From positions 3,971,331-4,035,330 of the forward strand of contig CBDEFM010000002.1 of assembly GCA_965237415.1 (NCBI GenBank): a DNA stretch of 64,000 bases. Direction: 5' to 3'. A model generated the notes under the pieces. That model was not told the DNA's origin. It saw only the letters and a program-made list of their open reading frames with translations, and did no database searches. This document shows, piece by piece, positions 1 through 10,078 of this stretch. Each line of letters starts with the position of its first letter. Positions within the stretch are counted from its first letter, which is position 1. A program made the translations under genes and the position numbers. Source of the stretch: Alphaproteobacteria bacterium (GTDB lineage Bacteria > Pseudomonadota > Alphaproteobacteria > UBA828).

Positions 1-1379
1 TGATTGACGCCGGGCACGCGCAGGTCGAAGACCCGGTTGGTGCTGGTGTCCATGCCCCGCAGCATGACGGTGAAGCTCTCGGCCACCGCACGGTCCCAGC
101 CGGCTTCCTGCTCCCAGTAGTTGGGGTCCATGTGGCTGGTGCGGAAGGGGTTGACGCCGAAGCGACCGATCAAGAGGTCGTGGTTGGTGTTGGCGTAGTT
201 CGAGAAGAAGCAGAACCAGTCAAACGCCATCTCCTGCTCTTCGCTGTACTTGGAGACGCCGGCGCCCCAGCCCCAGGTCACGTAGGGCGCGACCGAGGGA
301 GTCTCGAACTCGTCCCACTGGCCGCTGACGCGGTTCCACACCTTGTGCGAGCCCATGGAGGGACCGTACTGGGTACCGACGCGGATCTTGTTGCGGATCG
401 GCGAATCCGGCTGCATCGCCTGGATGAAGGCGTCGTCCCAGGTCACGCTCATCAGCGATTGGCCGCCGCCCCAGGAGAAGATCTCGTCGCCGATGCCGAA
501 GTTGATCCCGCCCGGCGGCATGTAGCGGAGCGCGTCCATCCACATCTCGAGCCCCTTGACGAAGCCCGGGTTGTTGACCTGCGGCGTCATGGTGTCGAGA
601 TCGAACCAGAAGCCGCCGGTGACGTTCGGGTTCTTGGCGTAAGAGGCGACGCGGGTGATGAAGTTGGCGAAGGCCACGTCGTCGCGCTTGACGATCTCGG
701 TCGAGCCGTATTCCAGCTCGCCGTCGCCGTCCCAATCCCAGCCGCTGAAGAAGGTGGCGACCTCGGCGTATTCCTCCCAGGTCGTCGGCACTGCGAGATC
801 GCGGCCGTACTCGGCCTTGAACTTGGCCTGATTCTCCGCGTCCTCGAAGGGCGGCAGGATGTACTTGAAGTAGTTCCGGTCGCCGTCGAAGGTGTACTGC
901 AGGCGCTGGCCGTTCCAGCTGGCCACGCCCTGGTAGGAGGGCGTGATGTCCTTCATCTCGTCGGTGTCGAGATATTTCTGCGGGACGGGCGCCAAGTGCG
1001 GGGCCCAGTCGCCGATCCAGTAGGAGCCGCCGTAGACGATGTCATAGATGTGCTGGCCGGTCTGGAAGGGGATCATCACCTTGTGGTAGAGCTCGCCGAA
1101 GGGGGCGTGCACCACGTTGACCGTGCCGCCGGTCAGCTCCTCGAACTGCTTGGAGTGCAGCGCTACCGGCTCGCCCATCACGGGCACGGCGTGGGTCAGG
1201 ATGGTGATCTCGTGCCCGGTATAGTCCTTCGCGTCGATCGAAGCGTAGGAGCAGACACCGGGAACGTCTTCCTTGATCCCGTAATTCGCGACGTAGTCGG
1301 TCTCCGCGAAGGCGGGCATCGTCATGGCCACGCCGAACGCGCCAAGGACGCCGGCCGCCAGAACAGCTCTCGGATTCAT
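1..1379 (-). CDS. Sugar-family ABC transporter substrate-binding protein (3' end runs off window)
   Basis: Minus-strand reading MNPRAVLAAGVLGAFGVAMTMPAFAETDY (signal peptide) ... HAVPVMGEP ... FEELTGGTVNVVHAPFGELYHK; RBS GGGAG upstream of the ATG at 1379; the + strand ORF 132..1577 is its antisense shadow. Confidence 0.85.
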   Translation of the reverse strand, partial: MNPRAVLAAGVLGAFGVAMTMPAFAETDYVANYGIKEDVPGVCSYASIDAKDYTGHEITILTHAVPVMGEPVALHSKQFEELTGGTVNVVHAPFGELYHKVMIPFQTGQHIYDIVYGGSYWIGDWAPHLAPVPQKYLDTDEMKDITPSYQGVASWNGQRLQYTFDGDRNYFKYILPPFEDAENQAKFKAEYGRDLAVPTTWEEYAEVATFFSGWDWDGDGELEYGSTEIVKRDDVAFANFITRVASYAKNPNVTGGFWFDLDTMTPQVNNPGFVKGLEMWMDALRYMPPGGINFGIGDEIFSWGGGQSLMSVTWDDAFIQAMQPDSPIRNKIRVGTQYGPSMGSHKVWNRVSGQWDEFETPSVAPYVTWGWGAGVSKYSEEQEMAFDWFCFFSNYANTNHDLLIGRFGVNPFRTSHMDPNYWEQEAGWDRAVAESFTVMLRGMDTSTNRVFDLRVPGVN

Positions 1380-1512
1380 CGTTATCTCCCTGAGTGGCTT
1401 GCGGGATGGCTCCCGGCGGATGCATACCGCCGGCGCCGGCTCCCAGCCGGCGAGTATGCGTCATCGCCCGCGGGCCAAGCAAGAAAAGGCCGGTGGTGTG
1501 CCGTGCCTCGCC

Positions 1513-2691
1513 CTAATGACCGAGGCTGTTGCCGGTTGCGATATCGAACAGGTGGACGCGATCGCCTTCGACAATGAGGTCGATGACCTCCCCCCGGTCG
1601 GGCACCCGATCCGCCGACACCCGCAGCGTCAGGAATCGGGCATCGTCGACTGCAAGTCCGGCTTTGTCCTCAGAGCTCGCGCCGACCAGTTCGTCGGCTG
1701 TGCGGATGGCGATGGCCGGGTCGACCAGGGAGGCGGAGACATAGGCCTCGGGCTCGATATGCTCGATCAGCTCGACGCGGGCCTGCAAGGCGCCGGGTGC
1801 GCCATCCGCGCTACGGCGCCATCCCAGATGCTCCGGCCGGATCCCTAAGAGAACCTTGTCGCCGGGCCTCGCCTCGATGCCCGCCGCGCGCGGGCCGAGC
1901 ACGAGTTGGGTGCCTCCCATCGATACTGCGGGCCCGTCTCGGCTGCCGACGAACGCGGCTTCGAAGAAGTTCATCGCCGGGCTGCCGATGAAGCCGGCCA
2001 CGAAGATATTGGCCGGTTGGCGATAGAGCGCCTGTGGGGTGTCGTATTGCTGGAGCGCGCCTTCCGAGAATATGGCGACGCGGTCGCCCAGCGTCATCGC
2101 CTCCACCTGATCGTGGGTGACATGGATCGTGGTCACGCCGAGCCTTTCATGGAGGCGCCGCAGCTCGGCCCGCAACTGCACCCTGAGCTTGGCATCCAGG
2201 TTGGAGAGCGGCTCGTCGAGGAGGAAGGCGCCTGGATGGCGGACGATTGCCCGCCCCATGGCCACGCGTTGCCGCTGGCCGCCGGAAAGCTGCTTCGGCT
2301 TGCGGTCGAGAAGCTGGGCGAGATCGAGAATGCGCGCCGCCTCGTTCACCCGCTCATCGATCTCCGACTGGCGGAACTTTCGCACGCGCAACGCAAACGC
2401 GATGTTCTGGCGCACCGTCATGTGCGGATAGAGCGCGTAGTTCTGAAAGACCATGGCCATGTTGCGCTCGCGGGGCGAGATCTCGTTGATGACCTGGCCG
2501 TCGAAGCGGAGCTGGCCGGCGGTGGCCGATTCGAGCCCCGAGATCAGCCGCAGCAGGGTCGTTTTCCCACACCCGGAAGGCCCGACGAACACCACGAACT
2601 CGCCGTCGGCGATTTCCAGGTCCACGTCGTTGACGGCCACCGTGCCGTCCGGAAAGACCTTGCTGATTCCGCTCAGACCGATCGCGCCCAT
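1513..2691 (-). CDS. Carbohydrate ABC transporter ATP-binding protein (MalK/UgpC type)
   Basis: Walker A GPSGCGKT, signature LSGGQRQR, Walker B LLDEPLSNLDAKLR, C-terminal TOBE-like LGIRPEHL. Confidence 0.95.
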   Translation of the reverse strand: MGAIGLSGISKVFPDGTVAVNDVDLEIADGEFVVFVGPSGCGKTTLLRLISGLESATAGQLRFDGQVINEISPRERNMAMVFQNYALYPHMTVRQNIAFALRVRKFRQSEIDERVNEAARILDLAQLLDRKPKQLSGGQRQRVAMGRAIVRHPGAFLLDEPLSNLDAKLRVQLRAELRRLHERLGVTTIHVTHDQVEAMTLGDRVAIFSEGALQQYDTPQALYRQPANIFVAGFIGSPAMNFFEAAFVGSRDGPAVSMGGTQLVLGPRAAGIEARPGDKVLLGIRPEHLGWRRSADGAPGALQARVELIEHIEPEAYVSASLVDPAIAIRTADELVGASSEDKAGLAVDDARFLTLRVSADRVPDRGEVIDLIVEGDRVHLFDIATGNSLGH

Positions 2692-2953
2692 CGGGAGACC
2701 TTACACGGCATTGACGCGCCCGCAGAAGACCCGCCGCTTGCGTCCCGCAATGCTGGCGGGCGCAGCCGACACGTCGCCTATCGGTCGACCGTAGTCGCTG
2801 ACACCTCCCGCCGCATTGACCGCGCCGGACCGCCCGACTACCGTCGCCGATCCATCGTTTGATACAGGCTTTCGGCTGCGATGGGTACCGTCCTGCGGCA
2901 AAGCATTCCGGCGGGACGCGATCTGATCGCCCCGCTTCTCATCCGTTCCGGAG

Positions 2954-3760
2954 GTGGCGATGTCCTCGGATGACAGCAGCGTCCCGCTCGGCTACGCGCG
3001 CGATATCTTCGACCTGTCCGGCCGGGTGGCCGTGATCACGGGCGGCGGCAGCGGGCTCGGCCGGGCAATCGCCATCGGCTACGCGCAATGCGGAGTCACG
3101 GTCGTCGTCGCGGACATAAACGAAGACGGCGCGGCCGAGACATCGGCAGCCATAGCCGAGCAGGGTGGGACTGCCGTCGCCTTGCCACTCGATGTGACGA
3201 AGCGCAGCCAGTGCGTCGACGTCGCGAACGCCGTGCGGCGCGAGCATGGGCACATCGACATCCTCGTCAACAGCGCGGGCGGCGCCCATCGCAGCCCGGC
3301 CGAGGAGTTCCCTGAGGAGCGCTTCGACTACATCATCGAGCTCAACCTGAAGGGCACATACCTGTGCTGTCAGGCCTTCGGCGGCATCATGCTCGAGCAG
3401 GGGAAGGGCAGCATCATCAACATGGCGTCGATCGGCTCCTTCATCGCCTATCCGTTGTCGAGCGCCTATCTCGCGTCGAAGGGCGGGGTCGCCCAGGTGA
3501 CCAAGGTCATGGCCCTGGAGTGGCGCGAGCGTGGCGTGCGCGTCAACGGCATCGGCCCGACGCTGATGGAATCTCCGATGACCCGCAAGGCCGCCCAGAC
3601 AACCTCGCTAACCGCCGACTTCATCAAGGCCCGAATGATTCGGCCACGGGTCGGCTTGCCGCGCGAGTTGATCGGCGCCGCGGTCTTCCTCGCGAGCGAT
3701 GCGTCGGAGCTGGTGACCGGCCACACACTCATGTGCGACGACGGTTACTTGACCGCCTGA
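2954..3760 (+). CDS. SDR family oxidoreductase (gluconate 5-dehydrogenase-like)
   Basis: TGGGSGLG, NSAG, catalytic YLASK. Confidence 0.9.
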   Translation: MAMSSDDSSVPLGYARDIFDLSGRVAVITGGGSGLGRAIAIGYAQCGVTVVVADINEDGAAETSAAIAEQGGTAVALPLDVTKRSQCVDVANAVRREHGHIDILVNSAGGAHRSPAEEFPEERFDYIIELNLKGTYLCCQAFGGIMLEQGKGSIINMASIGSFIAYPLSSAYLASKGGVAQVTKVMALEWRERGVRVNGIGPTLMESPMTRKAAQTTSLTADFIKARMIRPRVGLPRELIGAAVFLASDASELVTGHTLMCDDGYLTA

Positions 3761-3879
3761 TTGGGCCGGGTGTCAGGACGCTTGTCCGGCAATCCGGTGG
3801 TTCCCCTATCCTTTCGGTGGTAGCGTGCGATGGCTGGCGCATAAGCGCCGACAACAAGAAAATCCGAGGGGAGGAACCC

Positions 3880-5337
3880 ATGGCCAAGAGGACCACGTCT
3901 GGCCTGACGGGCGATTCGAGCGATGGCACAGTCCGCGGGCTGAATCGCCGTCAAATCATCAAAGGCGCGAGCGCGGCGGGGGTCACTGCTGCGGCGCTTC
4001 CCGGACTGTTGAGCGGTCATGGACCGTTCGGTGCAGGGTCGGCATCGGCCGCCGACTACGACCCGTTGAAGTATGCCGGGACCGAGATTAACATCCTCAT
4101 GACCGGCGACGAGAACGATCACCGGGCGCTCAACGATCTGCTGCCCGAAATGAAGGCGGAGACCGGAATCGACCTGGTGGTCACGTCTCCCGCCCTGGGA
4201 CCGTTGATCGAGAAGACTCTGCAGAACCTCAAGGGCGAGCAGTCGTCGTTCGAGATAATCGAGTACCTGGGATTCCTGACCACGCAGCAGGTGGGTGGCG
4301 GCTACTTCTCGCAGCTCAACGATTTAATCGACGATCCCAGCGAGACACCGCCCGACTGGGACCTCGGAGACTTCATTCCTGCTGCCATGAGAAATGTCGG
4401 CTACTACGACATGGCGACGGGAACGGTCGGCAAGGGCTCGGATGTCTACGGCGTTCCCGGCCTGCATTCCGGCTCGGTCATCTACTTCTACCGCAAGGAC
4501 CTGTTTGAGGAGGCCGGTCTCCAGCCGGCCTCGACGTGGGACGAGTTCATGGCGGCCGCCCAGGCGTTGCATAGCGACGACGTGGCCGGATGCAGCTTCA
4601 TCGGCGCCAACGATTTCTCGCTCGCCACGGTGGACTGGTACACGCGCTTCGTGACCACCGGCGGCAGCTTGATGAGCGGCAACCCCAATGAGGGGAACTT
4701 CATGCCGCAGATCAACTCGCCCGAGGGCATCGGTGCGCTGCAAATGCTCATCGACTTGCTGCCCTACGCGCCGAAGAACGTGACGCAGTACGGCTTCGCG
4801 GAGAACGTGGACGGCTTCTCCACCGGCAGGATCGCGCAGATGATCTTCTGGTCGACCATTGCCGGACCGGTCCTCAACGAGGAGAATTCGCTGGTCGCCG
4901 ACGTGACGGGGACCGCGCCCGTGCCGGCGGGGCCGGGGCAGACTCCCAGGGCGATCCAGGGTGGCTGGGGGGTCGGCATTCCCGCGAACGTCGATCCTGC
5001 CAAGAGGAACGCCGCCTGGCGGGCGCTGACATGGGTCACCAACAAGCGCATCAACCGCCACTCGATCGAGGCCTACAACATCGATGCCAACCGCACCTCG
5101 GCCTTCAAGGACCCGGAGCTGGCTGAGAAGTTCCCCTATCTGGAGCATGCGCTGGCGGCGATCGAGAACGCGGTGACCATCCCGACCTCGCGCATCCCGG
5201 AGTTCTTCCAGATGAACGCCCTGATGAACGTCGAGTTCAACGCGGCGCTGATCGGCGCGCAGGACGCCAAGACCGCGTGCGACAACGTGCAGGCCCAGTG
5301 GGAGGATGTTCTGCGCAAGGCGGGTCACCTCGCATAG
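3880..5337 (+). CDS. Sugar ABC substrate-binding protein with Tat signal
   Basis: RBS GAGGA then MAKRT...NRRQIIKG twin-arginine motif; YFYRKDLFEEAGL...TWDEF typical of SBP_bac_1; followed by permeases. Confidence 0.88.
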   Translation: MAKRTTSGLTGDSSDGTVRGLNRRQIIKGASAAGVTAAALPGLLSGHGPFGAGSASAADYDPLKYAGTEINILMTGDENDHRALNDLLPEMKAETGIDLVVTSPALGPLIEKTLQNLKGEQSSFEIIEYLGFLTTQQVGGGYFSQLNDLIDDPSETPPDWDLGDFIPAAMRNVGYYDMATGTVGKGSDVYGVPGLHSGSVIYFYRKDLFEEAGLQPASTWDEFMAAAQALHSDDVAGCSFIGANDFSLATVDWYTRFVTTGGSLMSGNPNEGNFMPQINSPEGIGALQMLIDLLPYAPKNVTQYGFAENVDGFSTGRIAQMIFWSTIAGPVLNEENSLVADVTGTAPVPAGPGQTPRAIQGGWGVGIPANVDPAKRNAAWRALTWVTNKRINRHSIEAYNIDANRTSAFKDPELAEKFPYLEHALAAIENAVTIPTSRIPEFFQMNALMNVEFNAALIGAQDAKTACDNVQAQWEDVLRKAGHLA

Positions 5338-5377
5338 GCTGAAGAGAGACCGACACCGCGCGTAACCCGATCGCGGG

Positions 5378-6295
5378 ATGACTCCCGCCAGTCGCGAGCG
5401 TCTCGGTACCAGGCTCGGGAAGCTGGATCGGCCGGGGACAGTCGTATGGCTGCTCCTCGTGCCGACCCTGCTCTACCTCGCGGCGTTTGCGATCTTTCCG
5501 CTCTTCTACAGCCTGCGGCTCTCGTTCACGGACCTGACCGCAGCAGCGGGCACCGGAGACTGGGTCGGCCTCAGGAACTACGGCGACCTGCTGCGCGACC
5601 CGCATTTCTGGAACGCGACCAAGAACAGCGCGGTCATGGTGAGCGCCTCGCTGGCAATTCAGGTCGTGCTCGGGGTCGCGCTTGCGATGTTCTTCAACTT
5701 GCACCTCAAGGGTGCATGGCTCGTGCGCGGTATCCTGGTGCTGCCCATGCTGATCACGCCCATCGTCGTCGGCGTGATGTGGCGGGCCCTGCTCAACCCG
5801 GACTGGGGGCTGGTCAACTGGTGCATCGCGGCGGTCGGCCTCGAGCCGCCGAACTGGTTCGGCTCGATCGAGATGGCCATGCCGACGCTCATCCTCGTCG
5901 AGTCCTGGCAGTGGACGCCGTTCGTCTTCATCATCGTGTATGCGCGCCTGCAGGCGCTGCCGCAGGAGGTCTTCGAGGCAGCGATCGTCGACGGCGCCAA
6001 GCCGCTCGCCACGTTCCGCTTTGTCACGTTGCCGCTCCTGATGCCGGCGATCATATTCGCCGCAGTCTTCCGTGGGGTTGATTCGTTCCGCTCCTTCGAC
6101 CTCATCTTCGGGCTGAGCTACGGCGGGCCGGCACGGAGCACCACGACGCTGAGCTTCTTCTCGTTTCAGAATGGCTTCCAGTGGCAGAACTACGGCTATG
6201 CCGCCGCTGTGTCTTACATGATGCTGCTGATCCTCGCGGTGGGCACGATCATCCTGCTCCGTTTCGTCCAGATACGGCCGGGGTACGCGAAATGA
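5378..6295 (+). CDS. Carbohydrate ABC permease (MalF type)
   Basis: Hydrophobic; EAA loop EVFEAAIVDGA. Confidence 0.93.
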   Translation: MTPASRERLGTRLGKLDRPGTVVWLLLVPTLLYLAAFAIFPLFYSLRLSFTDLTAAAGTGDWVGLRNYGDLLRDPHFWNATKNSAVMVSASLAIQVVLGVALAMFFNLHLKGAWLVRGILVLPMLITPIVVGVMWRALLNPDWGLVNWCIAAVGLEPPNWFGSIEMAMPTLILVESWQWTPFVFIIVYARLQALPQEVFEAAIVDGAKPLATFRFVTLPLLMPAIIFAAVFRGVDSFRSFDLIFGLSYGGPARSTTTLSFFSFQNGFQWQNYGYAAAVSYMMLLILAVGTIILLRFVQIRPGYAK

Positions 6296-7125
6296 GGCGA
6301 CGAATTGGCAGGACGTTCGCCTATCTCGTGCTGATCATGCTGGGGCTCGCCGGCATCGCGCCGATCATCTATCTCGGGGTTCTTTCAACGAAGAAGCGCA
6401 TCGAAATTCTGGCCCAGGTGCCGCCGACCCTCGATTTCAAGTGGTCCCGGATCACGAAGAATTACAACGAAGTTCTCTTCAGCCAGGGCATGCTGGAGTT
6501 CACCGTCAACTCGATCATCGTGGTGGGGGCCACCACGGTTCTGGTGCTCGTGATTGCGACGCCGGCGGCCTACGCATTTTCGCGCTTCCGCTTTCGCGGC
6601 AACGAGAATCTCGCGTTCACGATCCTCAGCATGCGCTTCATGCCACCGGTCGCGATCGCGATCCCGCTGTTTCTGATGATGCAATGGGTGGGCACGCACG
6701 ACAGCTATCTGGGGCTGATCCTGCCCTATATCGCGTTCTCCCTGCCGCTGGTTGTCTGGATCATGATCGGGTTCTTCGACGAGATCCCGCAGGAGATCGA
6801 CGACGCCGCGATCATGGACGGCTGCACCCGCTTCGAGGTGCTCTGGCGTGTGATGCTGCCCATGGTCCGGCCGGGGCTGGTGACGGCGTCGCTGTTCGGC
6901 GCGATCTTCATCTGGAACGAGTTTCTGGTTGCGCTCTACGTGATCGACTCTCGGGAATTCCAGACGATCTCGCTGGGCGCCGCCACCCTGGTCAGTGCGC
7001 AACGGCCGATCGACTGGAATATCGCAGCCGCGGTGGGCGTGGTGACGGTGGTGCCGATCCTGATTTTCTCGCTCTTCGTGCAGCGCTACATCGTGCGCGG
7101 ACTGACAGCAGGAGCCGTAAAATGA
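6292..7125 (+). CDS. Carbohydrate ABC permease (MalG type)
   Basis: ATGA overlap with the previous gene; EIDDAAIMDGC; ends VRGLTAGAVK. Confidence 0.93.
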   Translation: MRRRIGRTFAYLVLIMLGLAGIAPIIYLGVLSTKKRIEILAQVPPTLDFKWSRITKNYNEVLFSQGMLEFTVNSIIVVGATTVLVLVIATPAAYAFSRFRFRGNENLAFTILSMRFMPPVAIAIPLFLMMQWVGTHDSYLGLILPYIAFSLPLVVWIMIGFFDEIPQEIDDAAIMDGCTRFEVLWRVMLPMVRPGLVTASLFGAIFIWNEFLVALYVIDSREFQTISLGAATLVSAQRPIDWNIAAAVGVVTVVPILIFSLFVQRYIVRGLTAGAVK

Positions 7126-8024
7126 ATAGCGGAGAAACGCCCGTGCTCGTGGCCTCCGGGCTCGGTTGGCCGGAAGGCCCGACCGTCAGACCCGACGGCA
7201 GCGTGGTCTTCGTCGAGAGCTACCGAAGCCAGCTCACGGTCGCAGAGGTGGGCGGTGAGACGCGCCGCTTCGCTTACACCGCGGGCGCGCCGAACGCCTG
7301 CGTCCTGGGCGGCGACGGCGCGCTCTATGTCTGCCAGAACGGCGGCACCGTTGGGCCGTGGCGCGCGGCGGAGATGACCGCGCCCTCGATCCAGCGCGTG
7401 CGGGAAGGCGGCGCAGCCGAGATCCTGGTCACGGAGATCGCGGGAATCGCGCTGAACGGCCCCAACGACTTGGTCTTCCACACCGACGGCCGGCTGATCT
7501 TCACCGATCCCGGCACCTACAACCCGGCCGACCCGGACCCCAGCTACATCTTCTCCATCGCGCCGGACGGGAGCACGAGCCTCCTCGTCGACTTCTCCGA
7601 ACCCGTCTTCCCCAACGGGGTCGCCGTCGAGGCCGACGGCTCGATCGTATGGGACGAATCCTACACCGGCCATGTCGGCCGCCTGCGGCCCGACGGCACC
7701 AAGGAGGATTTTGGCCGCATGCCCGGCGACAATCCTATATTGGACGGCATGACCGTCGGTGCCGACGGCCGCCTCTACGTGACCGATCTCGTCGCCGGCG
7801 GGATGCACGTGCTCAGACCCGACGGCACGGTGGATGGCTTCATCGTCTGCGGCGGGGCGCCGACGAACTGCGTGTTCGACGGCGAGACGATGTGGGTGAC
7901 CGATGCCGGGGTTCTCGCCGTGAGCGAAGAGCCCAACTATGAAGGCCAGTTATGGCGCCTGCGCGTGCCGGGCGGCGGCGCACCGACCCATAGAGGAACG
8001 ATCGGCAAGGATGCACAGCGATGA
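7122..8024 (+). CDS. SMP-30/gluconolactonase family protein
   Basis: ATGA overlap; GLGWPEGP, NGPNDL, FPNGVA, LDGM, PTNCVF beta-propeller motifs. Confidence 0.9.
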   Translation: MNSGETPVLVASGLGWPEGPTVRPDGSVVFVESYRSQLTVAEVGGETRRFAYTAGAPNACVLGGDGALYVCQNGGTVGPWRAAEMTAPSIQRVREGGAAEILVTEIAGIALNGPNDLVFHTDGRLIFTDPGTYNPADPDPSYIFSIAPDGSTSLLVDFSEPVFPNGVAVEADGSIVWDESYTGHVGRLRPDGTKEDFGRMPGDNPILDGMTVGADGRLYVTDLVAGGMHVLRPDGTVDGFIVCGGAPTNCVFDGETMWVTDAGVLAVSEEPNYEGQLWRLRVPGGGAPTHRGTIGKDAQR

Positions 8025-8851
8025 CAGAGAGATCGACCCATCCCGGCCTCTCCTATCGGGGCAGGACCGCGTTCGTCACCGGCGGCGGCTCCGGCATCGG
8101 ACTCGAGACGGCGCTCACCCTCGCTGATCTCGGTGCCGATGTCGCCGTGCTCGACTGGACGCCGGGCGCCGCGGCCAGCGCCGCGGAGCGCATCGAGCAA
8201 ATCGGCCGCCGCGCGCTCGCGATCGAGGGCGACACCGGCGACGAGCGGACCGTCGTCGATGCCTTCGAGGCGACCCGGCGCGCGCTCGGCGATATCGACG
8301 CGGCTATCGCCTGCGCCGGCGTGCTGGGCGAGGGCGGCCCGGTGTTCGAAACCTCGGTCGAGGATTTCGAGCAGGTCATGGGCGTCAACGTGCGCGGGTC
8401 CTTTCTTGTGACGCGCGAAGCTGCGCGCCACATGCGCCCGCGCCGCGCCGGCGCGATCGTGCTGCTCTCCAGCCTCGACGGGCTGCAGGCCGAACACGGC
8501 ATGTTCTCCTACTGCACGTCCAAGGGCGCGCTGCTGAATCTGGCGCGCGCGGCCGCGCTCGATCTGGCGCGGGACGGCATCACGGTGAACTGCGTCTGCC
8601 CGAGCGTGACATTCACCCCGCTGCTCGAGGGCCGTCTCGCGACCATACCCAACGGCGAGGAGGTGCTCCGCTCCTACGCCGAGCGCCACCCGCTCGGGCG
8701 CGTCCTCACCTCCCGCGACATCGCGTCGGCCGTCGCCTACGTCGCATCCCCGCTCGCGACCGGAATTACCGGCGCGGCCATACCGGTCGACGCCGGCATC
8801 GGCGCGACCTGGGACAATTTCCGCGACCCGCCCTGGGTCGACGCAGGATGA
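8021..8851 (+). CDS. SDR family oxidoreductase
   Basis: TGGGSGIG, YCTSK; ATGA overlap. Confidence 0.9.
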   Translation: MTERSTHPGLSYRGRTAFVTGGGSGIGLETALTLADLGADVAVLDWTPGAAASAAERIEQIGRRALAIEGDTGDERTVVDAFEATRRALGDIDAAIACAGVLGEGGPVFETSVEDFEQVMGVNVRGSFLVTREAARHMRPRRAGAIVLLSSLDGLQAEHGMFSYCTSKGALLNLARAAALDLARDGITVNCVCPSVTFTPLLEGRLATIPNGEEVLRSYAERHPLGRVLTSRDIASAVAYVASPLATGITGAAIPVDAGIGATWDNFRDPPWVDAG

Positions 8852-8993
8852 ACGCGGAGCCGGGCCGACCTTTGGACAGATCGAAGCCAATGAAGACTCG
8901 TTCCACTGCGACCCGTCCTTGCAAAGGCACTCTCGCGGGGCGGGACGAGAGACCGTTCGGGTTCTCGGGATCGGCGGACGGTAAGACGCGCTC

Positions 8994-9863
8994 ATGATCT
9001 TCACGCAGCCGGTCTTCCGGCCGGGCGGCGACCGCTTCATAGAGATGGAGCTCGGCGACGAGATGAGCTTCGATCTCAACTTCCGCGTGCACAGCGTCTC
9101 GAAGCTGATTCGCGAGAGCGGCCCGGCCGGCATCATCGAGATCGTGCCCGAGCTCACCTCGATCATGATCAGCTACGACTTCGAGCGGATTTCCTACGCC
9201 GATGTCGTGACCGAGGTGACCGCGCTCTTCCACGCCGTGGGCCCCCTCGACGGGTTGGAGCTCGACAGCCGGATGTTCTACCTGCCGATCCGCTACTTCG
9301 ACCCGTGGACGCGTGAGTGCTACGACGACTACTGCGCGAAGATCGCGCCCAAGGAGCGCGATCCAGAACTGGTGGCGCGCCTCAACGGCCTCGCCGATCT
9401 CGCCCAGCTCGCCCGCGTCCATTCCGGCACGGATTACTGGGTGGCGGCGTTGGGCTTCTATCCGGGTCTGGTCTCGCTGATGCCGCTCGACCCGCGCTGC
9501 CGGCTGACCGCGCCCAAGTACGACCCGCCGCGCACCTGGACCCACAAAGGCACCATCGGCATCGGCGGCGCGCTTTGCTCGATCTATCCAGACCGGACGC
9601 CGGGCGGCTACCAGATGATCGCGCGCACCCCGGTGCCGATCTGGGACCCGGCGCAAAGGCTCGCCGCCTTTGCCGAGAGCCTCGCGCTCTTCCGGCCGGG
9701 CGATCGCGTGCGCTTTATCCCGGCGAGCGCCGAGGAGTACGACCATGTCGCGGCCCAGGTGGAGGCCGGCACCTACCTCCACAACGTGGCGGAGTACCAG
9801 CGTTTCTCGATCCGCAACTACCACGCGTGGCTCGCCACCATCGACGAGACGGTGCGGTTCTAA
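8994..9863 (+). CDS. Carboxyltransferase/allophanate hydrolase subunit 1 family (PxpB/KipI-like; urea carboxylase CT-like)
   Basis: GFYPGL, PKYDPPRTWT, IYPDRTPGGYQMIARTP, PGDRVRF. Confidence 0.85.
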   Translation: MIFTQPVFRPGGDRFIEMELGDEMSFDLNFRVHSVSKLIRESGPAGIIEIVPELTSIMISYDFERISYADVVTEVTALFHAVGPLDGLELDSRMFYLPIRYFDPWTRECYDDYCAKIAPKERDPELVARLNGLADLAQLARVHSGTDYWVAALGFYPGLVSLMPLDPRCRLTAPKYDPPRTWTHKGTIGIGGALCSIYPDRTPGGYQMIARTPVPIWDPAQRLAAFAESLALFRPGDRVRFIPASAEEYDHVAAQVEAGTYLHNVAEYQRFSIRNYHAWLATIDETVRF

Positions 9864-9930
9864 TGTCCTGCTTCCGACGTTCCAATGACTTCGGTTTAGG
9901 GGTGTGACTTCTCCGGCCCGGCCACTCACG

Positions 9931-10027
9931 CCGTCATGCCCGGACTTGTTCCGGGCATCTCCGTCGGCTAGCTCCGTCGGTTGGTGGGCGGCCGCATGGA
10001 TGGCCGGAACGAGTCCGGCCATGACGG
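9931..10027. repeat. Alphaproteobacterial REP-like nested palindromic repeat
   Basis: CCGTCATGCCCGGACTTGTTCCGGGCATC ... GATGGCCGGAACGAGTCCGGCCATGACGG: two internal hairpins within an outer inverted repeat. Confidence 0.8.
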
Positions 10028-10078
10028 GAGGGATCTGGGACGCCCGAACCTGCGCTCCCTTCTATCAGGACACCGGCC

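Noticed and set aside
132-1577. 481-aa + strand ORF, and the many other long overlapping ORFs in the track
   Set aside because: Antisense or alternative-frame shadows of recognisable genes, expected at high GC; no motifs
8852-8993. Guanidine riboswitch upstream of the urea-carboxylase-like subunit
   Set aside because: Two ACGR tetramers are present but lack closing stems; no ykkC consensus
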